Position numbers and translations under genes: made by a program. The notes beneath the pieces were generated by a model. The model did no database searches. It had not been told where the DNA came from and saw only the letters and a program-made list of their open reading frames with translations. From a virus, in the IMG/VR virus record IMGVR_UViG_3300027754_000069, positions 1-64,000 of that record: a stretch of 64,000 nucleotides of DNA, one strand, 5' to 3'. Each line of letters begins with the position of its first letter. Positions within the stretch are counted from its first letter, which is position 1. Below, one piece after another: positions 52,905-62,429 of the stretch.

Positions 52905-55900
52905 TATGAAGCCACCAATTCTGTACTTAGTTCGGGCATGTTCTCTAACCACCTTGCTGCAAATGTTGAAAAGTCATCGCTTGCAACTTGCATAAAGTTA
53001 TAATGAAATTGCGAGAACTGTGCTTTAAGATCTGCTTTACGAGCATCGCTGCTCATTGCTTGGGCATACTGTTGTTTGAATGCGTTAGCTTGGGTTAACC
53101 AGTAGGCAATTTCTGTCCACTTGTCACCTTTACCATCGGCATATTGTCTCCACTTAGGATCATTAGCAATCTCCTGGATTGCTGGAACTGTTACGCCCCA
53201 GAAATCTCTTTGGCTTGCTGAACGATTATCAGCCCAACCTGGAAAGTCTGTTTGGATTGCTTTAACCATTCGGTCATACTCTGCTTTAATACCAAGTGAT
53301 TGGTATCTAACTTGATATGACGAAGTAACTCCATATTGAGCCATAACTGAATCACGCCACTCTGTGGCTTTCTGATATTCAGCCCACCCACGGCGTGATT
53401 CAATGTCAACTCTTAGTTCTTCTGCACTCTTCTTTTGAGTAAGAGGAGAGTTATATCCGCCAGGGAAATTTAATCTCTTGTAGATTGCAGCGATCTCAGT
53501 TGAATATTCATCTGTTAACTCACCATATCCAGCAGATAACATTGATGCGTATTTAGTATCCCAACGACCAATCTTTTCAAGAAGGGCTGGGTTATTACGA
53601 ATCATTTTAATATCTGAGTAGTTTGCAGCTACACCAGCAATGTTCTTTTGGTTTGAACCAATCAAAGCAATGGAGTCAATGCCCCATTCTTCTTCCATCT
53701 TCTTCTGCGCTAGGTCGTAGTCGCCACCAAACTGAGTAAGTAGGTCGCTGTAATACTGTGTAGCAGCACGAGTTACTGGATCAAAAGTTGTTGAGATAGG
53801 AGCAAAGAATTGAACCACAGAACGGATGAAAGACATATTACCTGCTGCTTTAGCAGCAACCGCCATGCTAGGAGGTTCGCCTGTACGTCCATTGCGATCC
53901 CATTCTGAATAAAGAACGCGATAGTTAGTAAACACTTCATCGACGAATCGATCACTACGCAGTATGCCAATCTTATCCAGTGCTGAACGTAAATAGCCTG
54001 GAGCAATTGTATTAACTGCTGTGCTTACTAGGTTGCCACCTTCTTGTGGGTAACCACCATAAAGAATACTGTTTTCATAAAAGTCATCACCAAATGTGGA
54101 ACGTATGTTCTTTGCAATGTCTTCACCATGAATTGTCCATAAACCAAAAGGTGCTGTAAATCCATCTTTAACAAGTTGTGAAATTCCAACGGTTCCAAAC
54201 CAAGACACGCTTGGATCTGCAATCATGAATTCCATTTGCTTTGGATTCCATTTAAGCCCACCACCACGTGAGTCTGTATATGGCTTAAGCGCATCCTTTG
54301 CCCACTGAGGGAGCTTGTCTCCCAATGGAAGCGGATACTTAACGTTTACCTGAGTCCCTGGTGGAACATCTGACATCTTTGCATATGTGTTTCCATCTTG
54401 GTCTTCGTATGCTTCAAAGTTATCAAAAGCATTAGCAATACCGTTATACCAATATGCATTCATTGGGTTCTTAGCCATCAATTTCATGGCAACTACCTGG
54501 CTATTAAAGAACGCTAGAGGGAATGACATTGCAAAACGAGCAGCGTACATACCATTGGTAAGGCGACGTGATGAATACAGTGTTTGTTCCACACGTGCTA
54601 GTGCATTACGATAGGCAACCTGACGCATCTGGTTATTAACCACTGCATCTGATGGGTCAATGCCAGCACGTTGTGCTGCATTGATAAGTGTTCGCATTTC
54701 ATCTCTTGTGTAATTCAAGAAGAGTGGATTACGAACCATTCTATTTTCAGATAACGCAAGAACGCGCCATGCTGCATCAGTAACTCCAGCTAAATTAGCA
54801 AATCTCTTTTCAGCCCAGTTCAAATCATTAAGATTAATGTTTGGACCTTCAATAGACTCAAGTAGATCTGGTCTATTGCGAAGAAGGATTTCTGTTTCCT
54901 TGATTGAAACATCTCGTTCTAGGATAAGTTTACGTAGTTCTTCGCTTGGATACATCTTACGAAGCTTGTCGCTTGTTGTGCTAATCCATGATGCAAATTC
55001 ATCTTGAGTCATTTGATGACCAGCACGTGATGACATACGACGTCGGTATTCTTTACCAGCATCACCTGTATAAAGCCATTTAAGAATCTGTCCGTCTGAT
55101 TCACCACGCATCATCATGCCTAAAGGCATCTCAAGTTCGTTACGAATCTGACGATTAGCAATATGTGCTAACGCATTCCAATAAGGCTTACCCTCGTTAC
55201 GCTTGATTGTGACAAATCGTGAGCCTTCTGCACGTAGACGACGGCTATATTCAGCCTGCATAGATGTACTATAAAAGTTTTGTGTTGAATCGATCTCAGA
55301 CATGTAGGCTTTAGCACCACGAATGTTGGGATCTGCAAGACCTGCAATTGCATATTCTTTACCATTAACAATAATGACTTCTGCTTCTTGACCTAGCAGT
55401 TTACGATTGCGTAAAGCACCTTGTGCTTTAGCCTCGTCTGAAATAAGAGCACGTTTCTTTTCAATAAGAACTGAAAGACCATTAACAGCCTGTCCAGTGC
55501 GATCTAATTCATCGGTTGCCTTGTAGAAAGCATCTTGTGCTTTCCAAAGTTCGTAATCTGCTGCATGTTTTGCAGCATCTGCTTGTGCTTGTGTAGCTTT
55601 AGTAGCCTTTTTGGCTAGTGCTTCAGCTTTTGCTTGCGCTGTACGTGCTGCTTGCCATGCCATTTCGGCTGCATCAAAATTCTTTTGTGCTACTTCCCAT
55701 GGTTCAACAGCAATTTTAAGATCACCAGCAAGGATATCCATCTCTTTGAGGACGGCTTTCTCTTGACGTCGTGATGCTGCGCTATTAGTTCCAGGAATCC
55801 AACGCTTTGCTTGTTCTGCACGTAGGCTTGTATTGTGAACAATGTTCTGTACACCAGGCATTCCGTTTTTTACAAGTTCCATTGATTCAAGTGCCATACT

Positions 55901-57859
55901 TCCACGAGCAAATGGATCAACCATTGAGTTCTTTGGGATGTATGCAAAGCGAAGTAGGTTTAAGTTGTTAAATACCATATTGGCTGTGTCAAGAACTTGA
56001 CCTACAGCCATTCCAACCTTAGAGGCAAATGCTCCAAGCTCTTGACCTTTAGTAATTGGTGCTCTTGCACCAAGTGAACGCTTAGTATTTACAATAACTT
56101 CAATTTCTAACTTACGGAAATCAAGCATTGGTACAGTCTGAGCTTCATTTGATACAGCAAAGAAGTTGGTTACGTTAAGGTTTCCATCTTCATCTGGTAT
56201 AAATCCATGCTTAGTTGCATATTGGGTTAATGTTTGGCGACGCTCACTAACTCCAGCATGCCATTTAGTAATTTGGTCTACTGCATCTTTGTTAGTTTTG
56301 ATATCATCGATACCACGAACACCGTAATTATTAGCAAGTCTAATCATGACTTGTTGTTCTACTTGCGCAAGAGCCATTGCTCGTTGAGTATCATCCTGTG
56401 CTGCAAGGAACTTCTCAACCATATCGCGCTTAAACTTTGCACCTTCTGAACCGCGCAGCATTTGCAAACGGTTAAGGTCTGATAGTAAATCATTGGCTGC
56501 TTCAAACCTACGTGGGTTAGAAACATTGATGTGACCTTGTGGTCGACCTGAACCCACCCATGCAATAGCACGTACGGCACGATCGTAAACATCTGTTTGA
56601 TATACAGTTGAACGCCAGCCTTCGCCACCGTCTCGACCAAATAGTTTGATGTCACCATACTTAGCTTGCAAAGCAAGCTTTTGCTTACCGAGGTTTAGCT
56701 TTTCTAATACGCCATACTTACCTGGTTGATAACTTTCAAGTACGCCACTAGTTGCTTTAGACATAAAGTCATCAAGTGCATCAGAAAATTTAGGATCAGA
56801 TGCTCGCTTGGCGTCAATGATAGCCTGATAGCGAGTTGTCAACTTAGGACTGATTGCATCTAATCCAATTTTAGAAAAATCTGAAATTGGTTCAAATCGG
56901 TTAATGCCATAATTGTCAATATGGTCAGCAAGTACTGGCTTGCTTTGCATTAAACGCATGAATGCTGCAGTATCACCACGTTCGGCAAGCAAGTAATCTC
57001 CAACATCTCGATGATTATCAAGACGAGAGACGATTGTTGCTGTGCGATATGGGTTTGCAGTTTCTGAAATCAAAGGATTCGCAGCAAGACGAGTTAGATT
57101 TGTCTCTTTAACTGCGTCATCAATAAGAACACCAAGACCAGATGTAGGTGCTTCGCCAGTTTTGGCAGCAGCCCAAGCAACAGTATCCTCAACTTTAGCG
57201 CGGAATGTATTCATATCTGCAGTTGTAAGAATCTTTTTTGATCCAACTGCAGTCTTTACACCTGCACGAGTTATTGCTCCAGCACCTTTAGTACCAAGCA
57301 ATGCGAGAGTTAAATCTGTTCCACCTGATGCAACAATTCCAAGCCATTCATCTCTGAATGCATTGTCTCGTTGTTTGTCATCAAAGACGTTAAAGTTGCT
57401 GTCCATGAATGTAGGAGTAATTGCATCTGGTAATACAGATCCAACAACTCCTCCTACAGATGTGGCAAGAGCCTGACCCATTGAGATCTTCTTGGCTTGC
57501 TGGGATGCGTATCTAAAACTAGATACGCCCTTGCCTTGACCAAGAGCTTGTGGAACAAGAAGAGCAGTAGAGACACCCTGTGTAATAGGTTGAACTACGT
57601 ATTTGCCTACTGTCTCCATAACCTTCATGGCTGGATTTACAATAAAACCAAATGGACTATTCTTTGCCTTTTCAATTCCAGAAGCAATCTTAGGAACAAT
57701 AGCTTTTTCAATTCCACCGACTTTAGTATTATCAAACTGTTGTTTCTTAAAAGAATCTACAGGTGAATACGTTGGTCCAGGGGCGGTTGCTGGTGTTTCA
57801 GCGTAGTACTTATCCCACCAGTTGGGAGTTGGTGTTGGCTGTGGTTGCATCTGCGACAT
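52904..57859 (-). CDS. Large internal virion / ejection protein (unit B)
   Basis: 1651 aa homologue of 12358..17301. Confidence 0.6.
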   Translation of the reverse strand: MSQMQPQPTPTPNWWDKYYAETPATAPGPTYSPVDSFKKQQFDNTKVGGIEKAIVPKIASGIEKAKNSPFGFIVNPAMKVMETVGKYVVQPITQGVSTALLVPQALGQGKGVSSFRYASQQAKKISMGQALATSVGGVVGSVLPDAITPTFMDSNFNVFDDKQRDNAFRDEWLGIVASGGTDLTLALLGTKGAGAITRAGVKTAVGSKKILTTADMNTFRAKVEDTVAWAAAKTGEAPTSGLGVLIDDAVKETNLTRLAANPLISETANPYRTATIVSRLDNHRDVGDYLLAERGDTAAFMRLMQSKPVLADHIDNYGINRFEPISDFSKIGLDAISPKLTTRYQAIIDAKRASDPKFSDALDDFMSKATSGVLESYQPGKYGVLEKLNLGKQKLALQAKYGDIKLFGRDGGEGWRSTVYQTDVYDRAVRAIAWVGSGRPQGHINVSNPRRFEAANDLLSDLNRLQMLRGSEGAKFKRDMVEKFLAAQDDTQRAMALAQVEQQVMIRLANNYGVRGIDDIKTNKDAVDQITKWHAGVSERRQTLTQYATKHGFIPDEDGNLNVTNFFAVSNEAQTVPMLDFRKLEIEVIVNTKRSLGARAPITKGQELGAFASKVGMAVGQVLDTANMVFNNLNLLRFAYIPKNSMVDPFARGSMALESMELVKNGMPGVQNIVHNTSLRAEQAKRWIPGTNSAASRRQEKAVLKEMDILAGDLKIAVEPWEVAQKNFDAAEMAWQAARTAQAKAEALAKKATKATQAQADAAKHAADYELWKAQDAFYKATDELDRTGQAVNGLSVLIEKKRALISDEAKAQGALRNRKLLGQEAEVIIVNGKEYAIAGLADPNIRGAKAYMSEIDSTQNFYSTSMQAEYSRRLRAEGSRFVTIKRNEGKPYWNALAHIANRQIRNELEMPLGMMMRGESDGQILKWLYTGDAGKEYRRRMSSRAGHQMTQDEFASWISTTSDKLRKMYPSEELRKLILERDVSIKETEILLRNRPDLLESIEGPNINLNDLNWAEKRFANLAGVTDAAWRVLALSENRMVRNPLFLNYTRDEMRTLINAAQRAGIDPSDAVVNNQMRQVAYRNALARVEQTLYSSRRLTNGMYAARFAMSFPLAFFNSQVVAMKLMAKNPMNAYWYNGIANAFDNFEAYEDQDGNTYAKMSDVPPGTQVNVKYPLPLGDKLPQWAKDALKPYTDSRGGGLKWNPKQMEFMIADPSVSWFGTVGISQLVKDGFTAPFGLWTIHGEDIAKNIRSTFGDDFYENSILYGGYPQEGGNLVSTAVNTIAPGYLRSALDKIGILRSDRFVDEVFTNYRVLYSEWDRNGRTGEPPSMAVAAKAAGNMSFIRSVVQFFAPISTTFDPVTRAATQYYSDLLTQFGGDYDLAQKKMEEEWGIDSIALIGSNQKNIAGVAANYSDIKMIRNNPALLEKIGRWDTKYASMLSAGYGELTDEYSTEIAAIYKRLNFPGGYNSPLTQKKSAEELRVDIESRRGWAEYQKATEWRDSVMAQYGVTSSYQVRYQSLGIKAEYDRMVKAIQTDFPGWADNRSASQRDFWGVTVPAIQEIANDPKWRQYADGKGDKWTEIAYWLTQANAFKQQYAQAMSSDARKADLKAQFSQFHYNFMQVASDDFSTFAARWLENMPELSTELVAS

Positions 57860-58016
57860 TAGTCATTCCCCCTTCTGGAGCTGTAGTTAATTCATTAAGT
57901 AAATCAATGCGATCACTATCAGACTCAAAAGGAAAACGAGCTAAATCCCATGCTACTGGAGCCAACTCAAACCCAAGATACTCGAGGTTCTCCTCGAACT
58001 TCTTGAATACTTTCAT
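57810..58016 (-). CDS. Hypothetical protein
   Basis: Homologue of 17276..17455. Confidence 0.7.
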   Translation of the reverse strand: MKVFKKFEENLEYLGFELAPVAWDLARFPFESDSDRIDLLNELTTAPEGGMTNVADATTANTNSQLVG

Positions 58017-58429
58017 TCAGTTTGACTCCGTAGATATTTAACAAATGCTTTCATTGTTCCAGTTGAATTAGGTGAATCTGCAAACTGCATCATTAGAGGT
58101 AGATACTTTTGTAACGCAGTTAAGTCTCCTACTTGTACATCACTGGGTGCTTTAAGTCCTAGTACTTCACTGCCTGGACCTGGACCAGCATCAACACCTG
58201 CAGTAACAGGTTCGTTTGGTCGGTTAGTTTGCGCAGATAACGGAATAACACTGCCTAATGGATTAGCAGATTTTGCCATTGGTGCGCCCGCCTGTTGTGC
58301 AAGAAAATCCTTTTGCTCGCCATAGGCTGCATTAGGTAATCTTTTAGCACCCTGCGCTGGGATATCTGGTCGCTTGGAAAACTTTCCAGGACCAGATACC
58401 GCGCCAGGATTGGGTTGCAACATAGACAT
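58013..58429 (-). CDS. Conserved Pro/Gly-rich protein
   Basis: Homologue of 17452..17847. Confidence 0.75.
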   Translation of the reverse strand: MSMLQPNPGAVSGPGKFSKRPDIPAQGAKRLPNAAYGEQKDFLAQQAGAPMAKSANPLGSVIPLSAQTNRPNEPVTAGVDAGPGPGSEVLGLKAPSDVQVGDLTALQKYLPLMMQFADSPNSTGTMKAFVKYLRSQTE

Positions 58430-58435
58430 GAATTA

Positions 58436-59914
58436 CTACTTTCTTGAAGCTTCGTATGCTTTCGCTGCTTTAGATCCTGGTACATATGGAACTGGACCTG
58501 TATACATTGGCTTAGGAGCTGGCTTGTTATTAGGGATCTTCACTGTTGTGTTTCGATAAATCTTGCGAGGATCTTTAATTTTCTTATTAGCTGCTAGTAA
58601 CTCTGAAAGAGTTACGCCAGCCTTCTTAGCAATACCTGAAAGTGTGTCACCGTGTTCAACTTTGTAATCAGTAGTTGTTCCACCAGGACCGATCTTAAGA
58701 CCTTTACCGCCACCCTTTGGATACGCACCTGCTGGACGCTTAGGCAATGCTGTTAGACCTGCAGCTGCTGCTGCAGTTGTCTTTCCTTTTAATCCACCTG
58801 GAACTGCACGACCATAAGATGCGTTAGTCATCTTATCTTCACGACCGCGACCAAATGGCTTTCCTGAATTGATCATGTCCCAAGTTGTGCGATCCTTGGT
58901 ATCTTTGCTTAATGCTTTATGAATAGGACCTGCAGCAAGAGATGCTGCTGTAATTGCAAGACCGACTTTACCGCCAGTTGCTTTCCATGCGCCTTTACCA
59001 ATTGCACGTGCAACTGTGCCTGCAGTAACTTTCTTAGCTGCTGACTTAGCACCAGTTGTAGCAACTGTGCCTGCGCCCTTCTTTGCAACTACTGCAGGAA
59101 GGTTAGGTGTTCCGCCTTTAGCAATACGAACCGCTTCGCCCTTTGACTTACCTGACGCAACCGCTGCCTTGTACCTATCAACTTCTGCTGCTGTCTTAAG
59201 TTCACCTGCTGCTGCAACACCTGTTTTAATTTTTGGTGTTGTTACTGTTGGCTTAGTTGTTGTTGGCTTAGCTGTTGTTGTGCCTCTTGTTGCTGCCCAG
59301 TTCTTACGTTCTGCTGGTGTCATCTTTGCCCATGCTGCTTTATTAGCAGCAGACTTTTCTGCACGAGTTACGCCAGGCTTCTTAACGCCAGGCTTTGGCG
59401 AGAATCCCTTGTTAACCTTTGGAGGTTTATTTGGCGGTGTTTGACCACCACCTGCAGCAGCAACCTTTGGTTTAGGTTTTGATATTGTTTCAGCGGTTCC
59501 AGAAACTGGACGAGTTGTCAACTTCTTCTTTGATTTTGGTTTTGGCTTCTCTGGTTTAGCTGCAGCAGGTGCTGTTGCTTTAGCAGGAGCAGATTTAGCT
59601 GCTGCTGCATCTTCTTTTGCATACATGCGATCAACTGCAGCTCTAGCCTCACGGCGATCACGAGCAATTCGCTCTTGTGCTGTTTCAGTTGGCTTACTAA
59701 ATACTTTATTTCCGCGATCATCGGTAATGTAACCTGCCTTGGCTTCTTTCTTTACTTCTGAAAGAACTGCCTTATCTTCTGCAGATACTTTTGCCATAGG
59801 GTCACGGCGTACCGCCTTGGTCTTTCTACTTGTGAAAGCTCCCTTGGCATCGGCTACAGCAGCTTTACGCGCCTGCTTAAACTTCTTCGGAGCTTTTGGT
59901 TTCTTTGCTGCCAT
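58436..59914 (-). CDS. Lys/Ala/Pro-rich protein with C-terminal LysM (unit B)
   Basis: Shares KSAANKAAWAKMTP and LysM with 17856..19355. Confidence 0.75.
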   Translation of the reverse strand: MAAKKPKAPKKFKQARKAAVADAKGAFTSRKTKAVRRDPMAKVSAEDKAVLSEVKKEAKAGYITDDRGNKVFSKPTETAQERIARDRREARAAVDRMYAKEDAAAAKSAPAKATAPAAAKPEKPKPKSKKKLTTRPVSGTAETISKPKPKVAAAGGGQTPPNKPPKVNKGFSPKPGVKKPGVTRAEKSAANKAAWAKMTPAERKNWAATRGTTTAKPTTTKPTVTTPKIKTGVAAAGELKTAAEVDRYKAAVASGKSKGEAVRIAKGGTPNLPAVVAKKGAGTVATTGAKSAAKKVTAGTVARAIGKGAWKATGGKVGLAITAASLAAGPIHKALSKDTKDRTTWDMINSGKPFGRGREDKMTNASYGRAVPGGLKGKTTAAAAAGLTALPKRPAGAYPKGGGKGLKIGPGGTTTDYKVEHGDTLSGIAKKAGVTLSELLAANKKIKDPRKIYRNTTVKIPNNKPAPKPMYTGPVPYVPGSKAAKAYEASRK

Positions 59915-59916
59915 GG

Positions 59917-60459
59917 TTATCCTCTTCCGATGTAGCCGAATTGACCATTTTTTGTATTTTTAGGCGTCGGCTTTTTAGTTATTTTTGGTGTTGGTTTAGC
60001 CGTTACTTTAGGTGTTGGCGTAGGTGTTGGTTTAATTGTTATTTTAGGTTTTGGTTTTGCTGTTACCTTAGGCGTTGGCGTTACCTTGGGTTTTACCACT
60101 CTTGGCTTAGGCTTAACAGTTACTGTTGAAGTATCCACTGGTGTAATCACTGTTGAAGTATCCACTGGTGTAGTTACCGTTGAGGTATCTTCTGGTGGAA
60201 TAATTACTTTTGGTGGGACTGTTGCTTTAGGCGTAAGGGTTGGCTTAACTACCTTTGGCTTAGGTTTTGGTGTAGCAGTTGGCTTGGGTGTTGGCTTTAC
60301 TACCTTAGGTTTAGGCGTTGGCGTAGCTGATGGTTTAGGTTTTGGTGGAGGATTATCTCTAACCATGCCTTTTTCAAATCGATAAATACCCTTGGGGAGC
60401 GAACTCATCGGTTTCCAAGTTTTTGATTTGCTATCGTAATACCATCTACTGTCAGCCAT
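59917..60459 (-). CDS. Pro/Thr/Lys-repeat protein
   Basis: PKPKVVKPT and DTSTVxTPV repeats; near-perfect 27-bp tandem unit near 60122..60175. Confidence 0.6.
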   Translation of the reverse strand: MADSRWYYDSKSKTWKPMSSLPKGIYRFEKGMVRDNPPPKPKPSATPTPKPKVVKPTPKPTATPKPKPKVVKPTLTPKATVPPKVIIPPEDTSTVTTPVDTSTVITPVDTSTVTVKPKPRVVKPKVTPTPKVTAKPKPKITIKPTPTPTPKVTAKPTPKITKKPTPKNTKNGQFGYIGRG

Positions 60460-60489
60460 AAATGTCCTTTACTTAAAAGTTATTAAGCT

Positions 60490-60639
60490 TTACTTAAGCT
60501 TGTTGTTGTTGCCCTTTGTGCCTTTTGACAAAGTACCTTGCTTCACCATTCCACCACCAACGACTTTTCCGCCGTTTTTCTTGCCCATGATTGCTGTTGA
60601 AGTTGGAGCCTTTGCTGATTTTCCTTGCTTTCCGAACAT
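60490..60639 (-). CDS. 49-aa basic protein (unit B)
   Basis: Homologue of 19706..19855. Confidence 0.7.
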   Translation of the reverse strand: MFGKQGKSAKAPTSTAIMGKKNGGKVVGGGMVKQGTLSKGTKGNNNKLK

Positions 60640-60653
60640 TTGTTTCTCCTTAG

Positions 60654-62429
60654 TTATGCTGGGATCTGACGAGTTACTCTCGCTGCTAGATTTGGATTTC
60701 CTCCACCTGTTAGACCTGCAAGCAGTTCTTGCATTGCTGGTCTACCTTGAGGAAGTTGTGGTGCTTGTCCTCCGCCCATTCCAGGTTCAGGAACTGCTGG
60801 TTGTTCTTGCATTCCTGGTTGTCCTGCTGGGGCTTCTGGTGCTGGTTCTGGCTTAAAAGCATTTGCTACTGCATCTTCAAGAGGGATACCCTTCTTGCGA
60901 TCTGTAATAACGCTTGCCATTTTTTCTACAATCTTCATTGGGTCTTGACCTTGCATTACCATTTGTGGAATTGCTGCAGCCATTTGTGATACGGACGCTT
61001 TAAGGGAATCACGCATCTCTTCAATGTCGATTGCTCGCTCTTCTTCACCAGCATTAAGCGAGATAGGAAGGTTGCGACGCAACATTCCACGAGAGATTAA
61101 CTTATCTCCACGAGCTTGTAGACCCCATACCAATGCACGGTTAGGGTCTAAACCTGCCATAAGACCGTACTCAACGGTCACGCCATAATTTCCATTAATG
61201 TCGGAAGATGGCTTGTACTTTAACTTGTAAGGAACTCCGTTAGCAGTTGCGGATACTTCACGAGTAATCTCTGGGAAATATGCTTCATCAGTTGCAAATG
61301 CAAATGAGATTGCCTGTCCAATTGCCTCACCAAGAATTGATTGGTAAATCTTAACTTGTGAATCGTATCCTGCCATCAAAGCCTTTACGCCTTGACCAGT
61401 AACTACTGATCCTTCTGCTTGTCCTGCACGTGCTTGAGGGAAACGTGTTCCCAATTTCATTTCATCCGCTAGGACATTGTTCTCCGCAAACGCGAACTGA
61501 GGTACATCCAGGTTGATACGACGAATTTTCTCAGGAGAGTTAGAACGAATGACTGAATCAGGACCAATGGATAAAGAAGTAACATCATTAGGAAGAGCAA
61601 GTGGAGCTTCAACAGACTTCTGAACAGCTTCCATAGTAAGGAGAGCAAGTCGCGCTTTCGCTGCGTAAACAGGTAGTACATCGTCGAACTGACCCCTGGT
61701 CTCGCCATCCAAAGAAGGACGTTGAGCAATTGCAATTGGGACGATACCCGCCTTGTTTGGTGTCGTTGCAAGTACTAACCCTCCACGATCTGGTAAAAAT
61801 AAAACAGTCTTTTGTCTGTCTGTCCAACGTACAACCTGTAACAAACTGTTACCGTCGCCACGTGTATAAGTATTTGTTTGAAGAATTGCATCGGCATGCT
61901 CGGGGAAGTGAGCAGCCAAGTCTCCAGCTTTACGGTGATATAGACGAGCGTAGGTGTTTACAACACCGAAGCGATCCATATCGTAATAAGCACCCATTGA
62001 ATTTTCCACATGGATGTGTGGTCGCTTGTCCTTAAAGTTTGGTTCAACTCGTAAAGGAACAAAGCCATAGGTTGCTAACTGATCTGCGCCACGCAGTAGT
62101 TCCGTTCCAAGCCGAGATGATGCAACATAATAGTTTGCAATCTTGGTACGCTTGTCAGCCTTGGAACGCTGGTTATCATCGAGAGATGAATCACCAGCAG
62201 CAGTAATGGTAGGTAGAACACCGACTTGTTCAGCAACATCTCTTGCGACAACGTCAATGAGGTTGGCAATAATAGGACGTGACCAAATGCCTTCTGGGAA
62301 TAAACCACGGAAGACCTGATCGGCATTGCCAGCTCTAACAAGAGCAACCTCGCGCATGCGCTTATCGCGCTCGGAGTTACGAGCTTTTAATTGCTCGAAT
62401 GCATTTACAAGTTCTTTCATTGATGTCAC
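60654..62429 (-). CDS. Portal protein (unit B)
   Basis: Homologue of 19869..21626. Confidence 0.85.
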   Translation of the reverse strand: MTSMKELVNAFEQLKARNSERDKRMREVALVRAGNADQVFRGLFPEGIWSRPIIANLIDVVARDVAEQVGVLPTITAAGDSSLDDNQRSKADKRTKIANYYVASSRLGTELLRGADQLATYGFVPLRVEPNFKDKRPHIHVENSMGAYYDMDRFGVVNTYARLYHRKAGDLAAHFPEHADAILQTNTYTRGDGNSLLQVVRWTDRQKTVLFLPDRGGLVLATTPNKAGIVPIAIAQRPSLDGETRGQFDDVLPVYAAKARLALLTMEAVQKSVEAPLALPNDVTSLSIGPDSVIRSNSPEKIRRINLDVPQFAFAENNVLADEMKLGTRFPQARAGQAEGSVVTGQGVKALMAGYDSQVKIYQSILGEAIGQAISFAFATDEAYFPEITREVSATANGVPYKLKYKPSSDINGNYGVTVEYGLMAGLDPNRALVWGLQARGDKLISRGMLRRNLPISLNAGEEERAIDIEEMRDSLKASVSQMAAAIPQMVMQGQDPMKIVEKMASVITDRKKGIPLEDAVANAFKPEPAPEAPAGQPGMQEQPAVPEPGMGGGQAPQLPQGRPAMQELLAGLTGGGNPNLAARVTRQIPA